A stretch of 64,000 bases of DNA from Octopus sinensis (taxonomy: Eukaryota), in assembly GCF_006345805.1 (NCBI RefSeq), contig NC_043006.1, forward strand, positions 30,318,001 to 30,382,000, written 5' to 3'. Below, one piece after another: positions 52,761 to 64,000 of the stretch; position 1 is the first letter of the stretch, and the number at the start of each line of letters is the position of its first letter. Under the pieces are notes generated by a model. The model worked only from the letters and a program-made list of their open reading frames with translations, made no database searches and had not been told where the DNA came from. A program made the translations under genes and the position numbers.

Positions 52761-53798
52761 CATTGACTTTCGGCTGCCAGTCTTTTACTGTTGGTTGTAG
52801 GCCCAAGGTGTCAGACCCAGCAGCTGACATCTTCATGCCTGCCCTGACAAAGGTGATAAACTTCTTTGTTGGGCAGTGGCACTTGCAATGGCTAATCTTG
52901 TTTCAGTCAGTTTTTGACCTTCAGAAACCTGGTCATGTCTGTAGCTGTAGTGTACAGGGCTTTTGTACAGCAACTGAGGATGTGCTTTGGAGTTCCTCTC
53001 CTTGCATACAAGGGTCAAGCAGATGACTCCAACTTTCCCCAGCAGAACAAGTTGGATGGGCTTGGCAAGATATTGTTAAACTGCCTGAATTGGCTGGCAC
53101 GAAACTCGTGTAAGTCCTGAGTCACCAGTTCTGGAGTTGAACTTATTCTTACCTTCTTGACCCCCATCCTGGATCTCTTTCCAAGTGAGCTCCAAATTTC
53201 ATATTTGCTGTTGAAAGATTACTCAAGGTCTTTCTGTGCCTTAGGCTCTGAGGTGAATGTTGATCTTGCCTTTGCAGCAATTGTTTCATAAACCCACTTG
53301 GGTGAGGTCGAAAGACAGATTGCTTCCTGGTTCTCTCCTTCTGCCATTTCCTTTCTCACTCAGCCATCTTCAGTGTTATACGCTCCTTTTATAAGCAAGT
53401 TCATTATCGGTTTCCTCTCATCTTCCCTCACCTCTTTGAACTGCCATCTCCAGCTGTTAAGTTCTCACTCAAATTGCTAGATTATAATACTTGTTCTGTT
53501 ACTTGTAACATAGGGCAGGTTTCACTTGCTTCCTTTTTGAGGTATCTTTCCTTAAGATTGGTTGTAGCTTTCTCTGGGACCTTTGAAACTGAAGATGTAG
53601 GCAAGTAGAGGCTGTTAACCCTCCCATGTCTCTCCATATAAAAGCACATTCGCATTAAACTGAAGGATTACTCGACACTTTTTAATAGCATTTTATATTA
53701 ACTTTTGGCAGGAAAAGGTTGAGTGACTTCATTTGATGAAGGTGAGCTGAAACTCCAGTCTCTGTCAACTATTGTCTTGGAAAATATGTGTGTGTGAA

Positions 53799-54445
53799 GG
53801 CGTATAGCTTAGTGATTAGGGTGTTGCACTCATGATTGCAAGATCATGGGTTCGATTCCCAGAGTGGGCATTGCATGTTGTAGTCTTGCGCAAAGCACTT
53901 CATTTCACGTTGCTCTGCAATCATTCCATCATCTGACATTTGGCACATGGTGCATCTGTACAGGTAATGTTGATTTGATGGAGGGAGTGAGCTTATGCAA
54001 ACACAAACATTTGATCATTATAAACAAACCGCAGGAGTGGCTGTGTGGTAAGTAGCTTGCTTACCAACCACATGGTTCTGGGTTCAGTCCCACTGCGTGG
54101 CACCTTGGGCAAGTGTCTTCTGCTATAGCCCCGGGCCGACCAATGCCTTGTGAGTGGATTTGGTAGACAGAAACTGAAAGAAGCCTGTCGTATATATATA
54201 TATGTATGTGTGTGTGTTTGTCCCCCTAGCATTGCTTGACAACCGATGCTGGTGTGTTTACGTCCCCGTCACTTAGCGGTTCGGCAAAAGAGACTGATAG
54301 AATAAGTCCTGGGGTCGATTTGCTCGACTAAAGGCGGTCCTCCAGCATGGCCGCAGTCAAATGACTGAAACGAGTAAAGAGTAAACCATCTGTGTGGTTG
54401 TTTGGCAAGAAATTGCTGAACCCTCATATGTCATCTAATGATGGG
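53799..54445 (+). repeat. tRNA-headed SINE with a second SINE (54031-54385) nested inside
   Basis: Outer head tagcttagtg..ggttcgattccc; inner copy tggctgtgtgg..gggttcagtccc..caccttgggcaagtgtc..ggcggtcctccagcatggccgcagtc. Confidence 0.75.
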
Positions 54446-54452
54446 AGAGTCC

Positions 54453-54488
<36 letters not shown>

Positions 54489-56926
54489 GAGTTTCAGAAT
54501 GGCTGTCACAAATAAGATATACAACAACAAATAGAAATAATAAATTCCTATCATATTGAATTTTACATGCTGTTTTCTTCATTTCTCCAGCAAGACAAAG
54601 TTGTGGATTGGTTCTCCTTCACATCAAGACACCAAGTTACTAGCAATTAACTGATATTCTTTAGTTTAGGGTATCGATATTTCTCAACAACCACCCCACT
54701 CCCAAGAAAGAAATATTGAATTAATTAGAAAATATGGAGAAAGAAAAGCAGTTGGAAGTGGAAATGTGGTATTTTAGTTAGAAAAAGGTTCTGTGGTGAC
54801 AAATAGCTGCTTTGATAGAGGGGAGAGCAACTGAGGGTTTGCTCCGTTCTAGTTTTCCTAAAATAAAAATATCTTTTCTACATTTCAACCAATGAAAATT
54901 ATCCTTTTATAGATATCATCATCATTATCCTCATCATTTAACATCCATTTTCCATGCTGGCATGGGTTGGACAGTTCGACAGAGGTCTAGAGAGTCAGCA
55001 ACTGCACCAGGCTCCAATCTGATCTGGCAAGGTTTCTACAGCTGGATACCCTTCCTAACGTCAACCACTCTGAGAGTGTAGTGGGTGCTTTTTATGTGCC
55101 AGCGGCACGGGAGCCAGTTGTGTGAACCTGTAATCAACCAAGTTCGGATGGTGCTTTTTACATGCCACTGACAGGGGGAATACTGCCATCAACCATGTTC
55201 AGAAGATGCATTTTACGTGCTACTGGAACAGGAGCCAGTTATGGGGTACTGGCCACAGCTGCGATTTTGGTTTTACTTTACAGGTCTTCTCAAGCATATC
55301 ATATCACCCGACGCATCAAGGGTACTCTTAAATGGGCCAGACATACAACACTGGCATCGGCCATGGCTGCGATCTCACTTTAGTTGCCGGGTCTTCTCAA
55401 GATAGTTATTTGAAAATACTAATTTTGTTTTTCACACTTTCACTTGTGTAAGTCACAGCTCCAGTGACTATGAACAGCTTAAATTTATTTAATTTTTGTG
55501 CCAAATGATGGAAGGTGAGATAAGAAATTTGGAAAACATGGATTTTTGAAAAGAAAAAGAGATTTATTTTAAGATGCTGAGCATCACAGAAGAGATGACA
55601 AAGGACAGATGATTAATGATTTACTGTGCTTGAGAAGACCTGTTCACCACAGCAAAAATGATGTCCTAAAACATTGTTTATACTTGTGAGCCATTCTGCT
55701 CCATCAAGCATTTCCCTGACACCCAGCCTTCCATCACTCTTCTGTCTATGGTACTTTCTAGTGGCTGTAATCACTTGAGGGCAATATCAGCACATAATAC
55801 CCCCATTTCTTTGCACCCCCCTGTTATTTCCTTTCCATTACCCTCCCTTCTCCACCCACCACATTATTTCACCAATTACCTTTCTGTGCCTTCAATTTTC
55901 TTTTCTATTCTATTCTGTTTAACACCTCTCATATCTGCCATCATGCTTCACTCACTCAAATCACCTTTATGTACCCTTGCATTTCTCTCACCACTCCTAG
56001 ACCTTACATGTCATCCCTTCCTTCTCATCTCTCCTCCTTCCTGAGCCACTGCTATGCCTCTCACCTTACCACCTCTCCATACTGAGGTTACCTATCAACC
56101 ATGTCTCAGCTACCCCCATCTCTAACGGTTTGTCACTCTGACTTCATACACTTATGAAAGTATCCACTCTCTCCACTTCCCTGACCTCTCTTATGCTCAC
56201 CTCCTTGTATCTTGAGAGTTTGCTCTGACATTCCATCACTACCTATCTGCTTTCCTTCCCAGCTTCTCCCATCTCCCCTTATATAATGTGGGGTTGCCAT
56301 GTATCTCCTCCATAGCAAGACACTTGTACTTATCCCTCTGTCATACTTTAGCCTTTCAAAACTTGGCATAAAGCCACCTCAACCCCTCGGATACTACCCC
56401 TTCCTCATTTAGAAGAGCTTTTTCCTTTATGCCTGTTCTCCTTCCATGTCTTGCAAGTTATTTGGTGCCAGAAAAACAGGCACCCAGTACATACTGTAAG
56501 GTGGTTAGCATTAGGAAGGACATCCACCTGTAGATGACATGCCAAAGCTGACACTAGAACTCTGCACAGCCCTGCAGTTTGTTGGATCCTGTCAAACCAT
56601 CTGGCCCTGGCTACCATGGCAAGCAGATGTTGAATGATGAGGGGTGGGGAGAAGTTTGAAAAAAATTATGCTTAAAATGTGAATTATATGTGTTTCAGAA
56701 TGTTGGATATTATAAAACAAGATTATCAAAAAAAAAAAAGCTGTTAAAATAAACCGGGAATTCCATTTTATCCATGCCAGCTAAAATGATGATGTATAAA
56801 ACATCAAAAAATATATCTCTGATAATCAAGAGCTCAATTAATAAAAGGTCATTAAGCCCCAAAATTTTATAACTTTGCAGCAAATCCAGGTGAAACTGTC
56901 TTCTGTGCATGTCCATAATCTATTAA

Positions 56927-57147
56927 CCCTTTTGTTACTATATTTCTGTTGAGATGCTCTGTGTTTCTCTCAATTATTTTAGATATAACAAAGAATTTAG
57001 TAAAGTAACTTAGTTATCATTCAGCTAGTGTTAGGAACATTAATTGTGACTAAGGTTTGGTGGAAGATTTTAATTCAAAACTTATGAAAACAAGACATTT
57101 GTACTACAGAGTCAGAGTTGGTTTCAGCAGGGTTGGTAACAAAAGGG
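56927..57147. mobile_element. piggyBac-like MITE
   Basis: TTAA TSD with perfect TIR CCCTTTTGTTAC / GTAACAAAAGGG. Confidence 0.85.
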
Positions 57148-57319
57148 TTAAAGTAATCCTTAAGAGTAACATATATTTAGAATAAGAATCAGTAAAGTAC
57201 AAAATTCACAAATAGTTCATAATTTAATTACTTTCAACAGTTGATTCATTAGGAATAAACATCATTAATTCCATAATTATGTAATTAAAAATACATAATA
57301 AATTAATTCAAATTAAAAC

Positions 57320-57715
57320 AGCTATGCTATATGGCAATGAAACATGGGCTGTGACTACAGAGGACATATGAAGGCTTGAAAGAAATGAAACCAGCATGCT
57401 CCACTGGATGTACAGTGTCAGTGTGCATGTACGACAGAGTGTAAATGTTTTAAGAAAAAAACCTGGGTGTAAAAGGTGTCAGATGTAGTGTGCAAGAGAG
57501 AAGACTGCACTGGTATAGTCATGTGATGCCTATGGATGAAGACTGCTGCATAAAGAAGTGGAGGGAACCTATGGAAAGAGTAGACCCAGAAAGATGTGGG
57601 ACAAAGTGGTGAGAAAAGATCTCCAAGTGTTGGACCTCACAGAGGTGATGGCAACTAGTGATTTGTTGTGCTTGAGAAGACATGTAAAGCTAAATAAAAT
57701 CATGATCATGTATGC
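57320..57715 (+). mobile_element. RTE LINE ORF C-terminal fragment
   Basis: MLYGNETWA..RLERNE.SML.W..RRL.WY.HV..GKSRPRKMW..VVRKDL. Confidence 0.8.
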
Positions 57716-57834
57716 ATACAGGCATACGCCACTTCCTCTGACACATAATTCTGGCAAAACTCCACCACCACTACCCACTGAAGGCCCTTCACACACTCCA
57801 TGCCTTTACATGTCTACCATACCCATCTCTCAGC

Positions 57835-57872
<38 letters not shown>

Positions 57873-58084
57873 GAAGTACTATTAATATCATTTTCCTAGT
57901 AAGACAATTGCAGAAGCATTTAGCTAAAAGCAAGCCATAGTACTTGGAATTTGTCAGTCTGAAGAGCCCCTCACTCTATGATTTGGTGGTCTCTGAGGAA
58001 GTCAGATGTAGGCAGATGGAAAGTTATGCAAGCCATTACAAGAGTGATAGCCAAAAGTACAGCAACAAGTTTAGAGAAAAAAAT

Positions 58085-58620
58085 AGGTGCCAGTCAGGCG
58101 GGCCTGGCATTGATGACATTTGGATAGTGCTTTTTACATGCCACCGGCACGGGAGCCAGTCAGGGGTACTGGCATCAGCCACATACAGATGGTGCTTTTT
58201 ACATGTCACCAGCATGGGAGCCAGTCAGCGGGTACTAGCATCGACCACATTCAGATGGTGCTTTTTATGTGCCACTGGCACGGGAGCCAGTCAGGGTACT
58301 GGCATCAACCACGTATGGATAGTACATTTTACATGCCCCAGCTACAATATTGGTTTTATTTGACTCAACAGGTCTTCTCAAGCATATCATATTGCACTAC
58401 ACATCAAGGGTATTCTTAACTGGGTTGGACATGCATGGCTATGATCTCACTTTAGTTGCCAGGTCTTCTCAATCACAGCATGTCTTCAAAGGTCTCAATC
58501 TCCTGTCATTGCTTCCATGAGGCCCAATGTTCAAAGATCATGCTTCACCACCTCATCCCATGTCTTCCTAGGTTTACCTCTTCTACAGTTGGGGAGTGGC
58601 ACTTCTTCACACAGCTGTCC
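58085..58620 (-). repeat. RTE 3' region with about 4.5 copies of a ~65-bp unit
   Basis: gat(a/g)gtgcttttta units at 58122, 58187, 58253 and 58317. Confidence 0.8.
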
Positions 58621-60493
58621 TCATCCTACGAACAGGAATACTACATGGCAGTAAGGTAGTGAGGCATGGGCTCTAAATGCAAAGATTAGAAAGGAATGAA
58701 GCCAATATGCTCTGCTGGATGTGCAACAGCCCTTTTTATATATGACAAAATGTTAATGTACAAAGACAAAAATTTGGCATAAGAAGAGTCTAATGTAGTG
58801 TGCAAGAAAGAAAACTGCACTTGTTTGGTCATGTGATGCATATGCTAGAGGAAAGCTGCATAAAGAAGTGGATGGAACTTGAGGAAGAGGGAGACCCAGG
58901 AAGACATGGCGCAAAGTAGTGAAGACTGATCTTAAGATGTTAAGCCTCACAGAAAAGATAATAGAGGACCAAGATAATTAGCAATTCACTGTATTTGAGA
59001 AGACCTGCTCATCACAGTGAAAGTGTGGTCTTAAAAATATATTTATGCTTGAACTTTCTGGGGCCTCTTTCTACAACCAACCTTACCCTTTCAGGCATTT
59101 CCTACATCTTCCTAACACCCATCCCACCATCACTTGTCTAATTATGGCTGTACTCAATGATTGTAATCGTTTAAATGCAGAATCAGGACATATTCTATAC
59201 CATTTTCCCTACCAGTTCTCTTCTCCTCACCACACTCTGCAATCATTTCCTATTAACATCCAGTTTTAATTTTCATTCTCATCCTTTTCTATATTATTTT
59301 CCTCTGAACCCTCCCTTTCTGTGCCTTCAGAAATCTCTCCCCCTCCTCTGACCTACATCTTTAGGTCTGTCACACCTCACCTTCAACACCTTTCACATCT
59401 ACTTATTATTCTCAACACCCTAGCCACCCTTAAGTCCCTCTCATTTCCATTTCTGTCACTACATCTCCCTCCCCAACCACACACTTGCACATCCTACACA
59501 TCACTTCATGTCCATTTTCCATACTGGCCTGGATAGAACAGTTTGACAGGAGCTGGCAAACTAGAGGGCTGCATCAAGCTGCAGTTGTCTGTTTTGGCAT
59601 AGTTTCTATGGTTGGATACCCTTCCTAATGCCAGCAACTTTATAGAATATACAGGGTGCTTCTTTATGCAGTGCCAACACAGGTGCTTTTTTGCATAACA
59701 CCACATAAAAAGCACCTGTACAGGTGCCATGTGTGTATGTATATATGTATCAGCATCATTATTTAATGTCCATTTTCTATGCTGGCATGGGTTGGATGGT
59801 CTGACAGGATCTGGCAAGGCCAGAGGGCTGCACTAAGCTCTACTGTCTGCTTTGGCATGGTTTCTGCAGCTGGATGCTCTTAATCCCAACCACTTTACAC
59901 AATGTACTGGGTGCTTTTTTTGCATGGTACCCTCACCATTAAGGTCACCAAGTATCTTGAGGGAGATAGCTTTGTACCAGGTGATGAAAGGAACAGAAAC
60001 GGGTATCTTTCTGTAGAGGAGATACATGGTTAGTGTGTATCAATATGCAAATATGTTTGTGTATATAAAAAGGCAGAAAATCTGTCTGACCCATGCAAGC
60101 ATACAAAAGTGTATGGTAGAGTATGAGAGAAAAGGGCTGGAGCAGATTGGATTCCTTGGTGGAGAGGAACTGCTGACCACTCATATCTTAAAAGAGAGGG
60201 TAGGGATGATTTGATGGGTCTGGAAAGTGATAAAAAATGTGGTGGTGTGGTTTAAGGGTGGACCTTCAGGGTATGAGGTGGATAGGAATATGTGGGGGTG
60301 GGAGTAGGGGATGCCTAATAGTATGGAGCAGCAAAGGTTGGTTATGGAAAACGGACACTAAACGATGATGATGATGATTCACACACACACGTGTGTGTAT
60401 ATATAAATATATATAAGGGTTAGGAATACAGTATTTTAAAGCAGGTAAGTGAAATAGAATTCTTTATTTAGTGTATTTATTTTTGTGTTTCAG

Positions 60494-60593
60494 GCTTGGA
60501 GGAATAATTCCTCCAATTGCTCAAAAACTTCATCAGCAACATATTGCAGGTGTTGTGGAGAAGGCTTTTGAAGAAGCAAATGTTACCTTGGAG
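60494..60593 (+). CDS. OSGEPL1: OSGEPL1 exon 2
   Basis: tttcag|(E)LGGIIPPIAQKLHQQHIAGVVEKAFEEANVTLE|gtaag; phase matches exon 1. Confidence 0.93.
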
Positions 60594-61049
60594 GTAAGCC
60601 CTTAATTTTGTTCTTTGAATAGTAGTGGAAGCATATATAAATATATGTTAGTGTTTATCCATCACCACTACCACATGACAGTCAGTGTTGGTGTGTTTAT
60701 GTCCTTGTAACTTAGCAGTCCAGCAATAGAGACTGATAGAATAGGAAACCAGGCTTAAAACAAAGACTTGGGGTCAATTCATTCAACAAAACGTTTTCAA
60801 GGCGCGGTGCCCCAGCATGGCCACAATCTAATAGCTAAGACAAGTAAAAGATAAAAGTTATATATATATATATATATATATTGGGAGAATTCACGAAAAA
60901 AACAAAAGACAAAGACAGGTGGTGTAGAAAAACAGATGTATTAGTATAATGCTCAGGAATTGAAAAAGTTTTTAACGTTTTGAGCCTACACTCTTCCACA
61001 GAAAGAAACAAGGAGAGGAAAAAAAATGTGTGTAGTGGCTACCGATCTA

Positions 61050-61109
<60 letters not shown>

Positions 61110-62002
61110 TAATAACAATCTGATTCAGCTCCACATGATTTTAAGTTCTGTGGGCATGTAGGGTACCTCCATGTCATCATTTGTTCTAATCCTGTTGTTC
61201 ATACCCAGAATATTTTTCCTATCAATTATTCTTCTGCTTAAAACAGAGTATTTCACTGATCCAAGAACTAAACTCCAGCCTCCTTACCAAACGACAACAC
61301 TTCACATCAGTTGTTATGTTTTACTATCTCTTGACAACATTTAAGTCATGAAAATTAGCAGTGTTGAACCTAGCCATTTGTACTGAGTGTATATTTTAAT
61401 GTTTCTTTCCTCTCTTACTTAAAGTGTCCCTTATGGTCTCTATCTTGATTCTCAAGAGGTTTTTGTAGCCTGCCATATCTACTGATGTTTTCTGTCATCT
61501 TTTCTTCAAATGTTGTCCACCAGTTGTTAGCTTTGTTGTCAAGACTTGGTCACTTCTGTTTTTCCTTCACAAATCATCTGCCATGATTTTCTGTGTCACC
61601 ATGGATAACAGCCTTACTTTTAGAGAATTGTAGGGATATAATGGATTTCATTTCTAAAACCAATTAGCAGTTGGCAAGAGTAAGAATAAGGATGATGATG
61701 ATGATATACATGGTACTGTATCATATTCAAACATCAAAGAGACTTAGATTTTTTTATCAGCCAAATTCATGTAACCCTTAATGGGTAAAATGAGTAGTTG
61801 AAACCATTACTGTAAGGATCAGCAGTTTTGTGGAATTGATATATTTGGGGTCTGCTGTGTTTAGTTCAATCTCTTTGATTGGTGAAGTACCTACCGTAGA
61901 GCAACATCCTATCCATGGGATGAATCATCTCACATCCACTTAATCACCAGCTCTGAGTGGTGGTATTAGAGGAAAGAGCAAGTATTATAAGACATGTTTA
62001 TA

Positions 62003-63127
62003 TCAGATGGAGAGAAACCTTCTGAGAATGTGGGCAGTTGATGTCAACACAAATGTTTGAGTCTCATAAATTGTTGGTTTCCCAGAGATCTGGTCAAAAA
62101 ATTTGTCACTACCTTTCTTGATCATTCCCAAGGCACCTACAACAATAGGGATGGTTTTGTTTTTTAAGTGCCACATCTTAGACATTTCAATCTCAAGGTC
62201 CTTAAATTTCGACAGTTTTTCAAATTCCTTTGCTGAGATGTTTGTGTCAGTAGGCACTGTCATATCAATTAACAGGCATATTTTTCGTTTTAGGTATTTG
62301 ATGATGATGTTTGATCTGTTATCATTTATTTGCCTGTCTGTATATATTCCATAATCTCATAGGATGGTAAAATTCTGTCCCTCAGTGACTGACTCTGGAT
62401 GGTATTCATACCAGTTCTTAGGGTACAAGATATCATAGTGATGGCATATTCTCCAGTGCAAGTGTTGACCAACTCAGTCATGCCTGGTTTTATATTCTGT
62501 AGGGGCAAGGACTGAGTAACCAGCAACAATGTGGTCAATACTCTCAAGTTTATCATTGCAGAGTCTACACTTTGTGTCTACCTCATTGTGTGTGACATTA
62601 GCTTGATAGTTCAGAATGAGGAGACTGATCTTGTACTTCTAGGATAATTCCTTCTGTTTCAGTATTCAAACCAAAACTCTGCAGCCACTGGTGGCTTCTT
62701 CTTATATCTACATCACCTTCCTCAGCTTGTTTGGTGTATTACCCATGCAATGGCTTTTCTTGCCACAGTCTTCATATTTACTTCAAGCTTTCCTGTTTGG
62801 CTTTTGCTGCTCTAGTGGGAGGTGTGTCCTCCTTATCATCATAATCACAAAGGTCCAGCTCTTGTATTATTATTATTATTCAGTTGTTTTATTTTTATAG
62901 CGTGCTTTCACTTCACTACCGAGCGCAGCTCTGTGTGCCTTGAGTATGTGCTGTAATTTGTTGTGATGCTCTGATGGTTACTGTATTGAAAGTGTTCTGT
63001 GAAGGATGTGTGCAGTGCCTAGTAGTGCAATTTTCTGTATGTTATGTATTTGTCTGAATATTTTTTTATCATGCCTAATGCACCTACTATGATAGGAATT
63101 GTTTCTGTTTTTAGATTGCACATTCTA

Positions 63128-63158
<31 letters not shown>

Positions 63159-63655
63159 GATGTCACACAGTATACAATATCGTGAGGTTGTTGATTGAAG
63201 ATATTATGTCTACCGGAGGTTTGTACTGTTTGTAAAGTCACAACAAGGACCTCAGACAGACAGTACTTTACGCAATATGTGTGCAGTTCCAAGTAATGCT
63301 GACTTTTGCAATACACCTAGTTTGTAGAGTATTTCTAAAGTTTTCAGATGTTTTTTCAGCTTGGGTGGTATTGAACCCAATGCTCCAATGGCAATAGGGA
63401 TAAACTTTAAAGTTAGACTCTTGTAGCTGCCACATCTTAGCAATCTCGATTCTCAGGTCTCCATATTTATCAACATTTTCTTTCATGACGATCTGTTGAT
63501 CTCCTCGCACTGCTACACCGATTATTAGGTGCTCTTGTTTGTCCCTCCTAAAGGTTATTATATCCGACCTTTGGTGCTCTAATACCCTGTTTGTCTGGAA
63601 GTCAAAGTCTCAAAGGAATTTTGCCTTCCCCACTTTCATCCATTACCTTTTCTAG
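62003..63655 (-). mobile_element. Three head-to-tail 5'-truncated R4/Dong-like (RLE) LINE 3' ends
   Basis: KE.EK..K.KDL.IE..KMW.L....IPI..GALG...TAHILR motif occurs three times, with (ATT)n tracts at 62865-62880 and 63128-63157. Confidence 0.8.
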
Positions 63656-63939
63656 TATTATTGTTGTTGTTGTTGTTATTTAAATTAGTGTATTTATTCA
63701 TCATCAGGATGAATTGCACCTTACACTTTCACCTCTTACTCCCCCTCCCTATTACCGTCTGCCCATCTACCAACGTCTACTTCGAAACATGTCACATAAC
63801 TTCTGAATAAATGCTTTCAACTCAAATAAACTTTTCAATGTCTTCTGGATCCACAAAGAAACTTTTAATAAGCCTGGATTTTTATGTTAATCTGATTTTC
63901 CTAATGGATTGCAATATTTCCTTGTTTCAATCTTTGCAG

Positions 63940-64000
63940 GATGTGGATGCTATTGCTGTTACAGTTAAACCCGGACTCTCACTGTCACTGGCTGTTGGGC
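63940..64000 (+). CDS. OSGEPL1: OSGEPL1 exon 3 (partial, runs off the window)
   Basis: tttgcag|DVDAIAVTVKPGLSLSLAVG, the TsaD-family AIAVTxxPGL motif. Confidence 0.92.

Noticed and set aside
52770-53700. Possible LINE ORF1 remnant interrupting the mariner copy
   Set aside because: It is too degraded to assign from motifs.
53799-53870. tRNA gene
   Set aside because: It has A/B-box-like motifs but no convincing acceptor stem or cloverleaf, and it runs directly into a SINE body.
58085-58345. CRISPR-like repeat-spacer appearance of the palindromic ~65-bp units
   Set aside because: The spacers are homologous to each other, the array lies inside a eukaryotic retroelement 3' UTR, and there are no cas genes.

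Overview
This is AT-rich, repeat-dense eukaryotic genomic DNA. The repeat families suggest Octopus or a related coleoid cephalopod; that assignment is an inference from recalled repeat sequences. Two host genes lie head-to-head with only 229 bp between their ATGs. The first is a complete 17-exon glycyl-tRNA synthetase (GARS1, minus strand, CDS 47828 to 20270). My manual splice gives 764 aa, with two in-frame starts, a short uORF and one U12-type AT-AC intron. The second is the first three exons of the mitochondrial t6A tRNA-modifying enzyme OSGEPL1 (plus strand from 48058, running off the window). The first 20 kb is mostly stacked transposons: hAT, RTE, two near-intact CR1/L2-type LINEs, Penelope-like, Tc1 and mariner. 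It also holds a decayed reading frame of unknown origin. The introns hold SINEs, RTE 3' ends with a minisatellite, MITEs, Helitron remnants and R4/Dong-like LINE ends. The two most unusual signals are (1) a canonical -1 frameshift slippery site joining ORF1 and an AUG-less ORF2 in the plus-strand LINE, and (2) a 690-bp TG..CA element with 172-bp inverted ends, a 5-bp TSD and a Gypsy-gag-like insert. All coordinates were read by hand. TE boundaries are approximate, and family names come from recalled motifs, not database searches.
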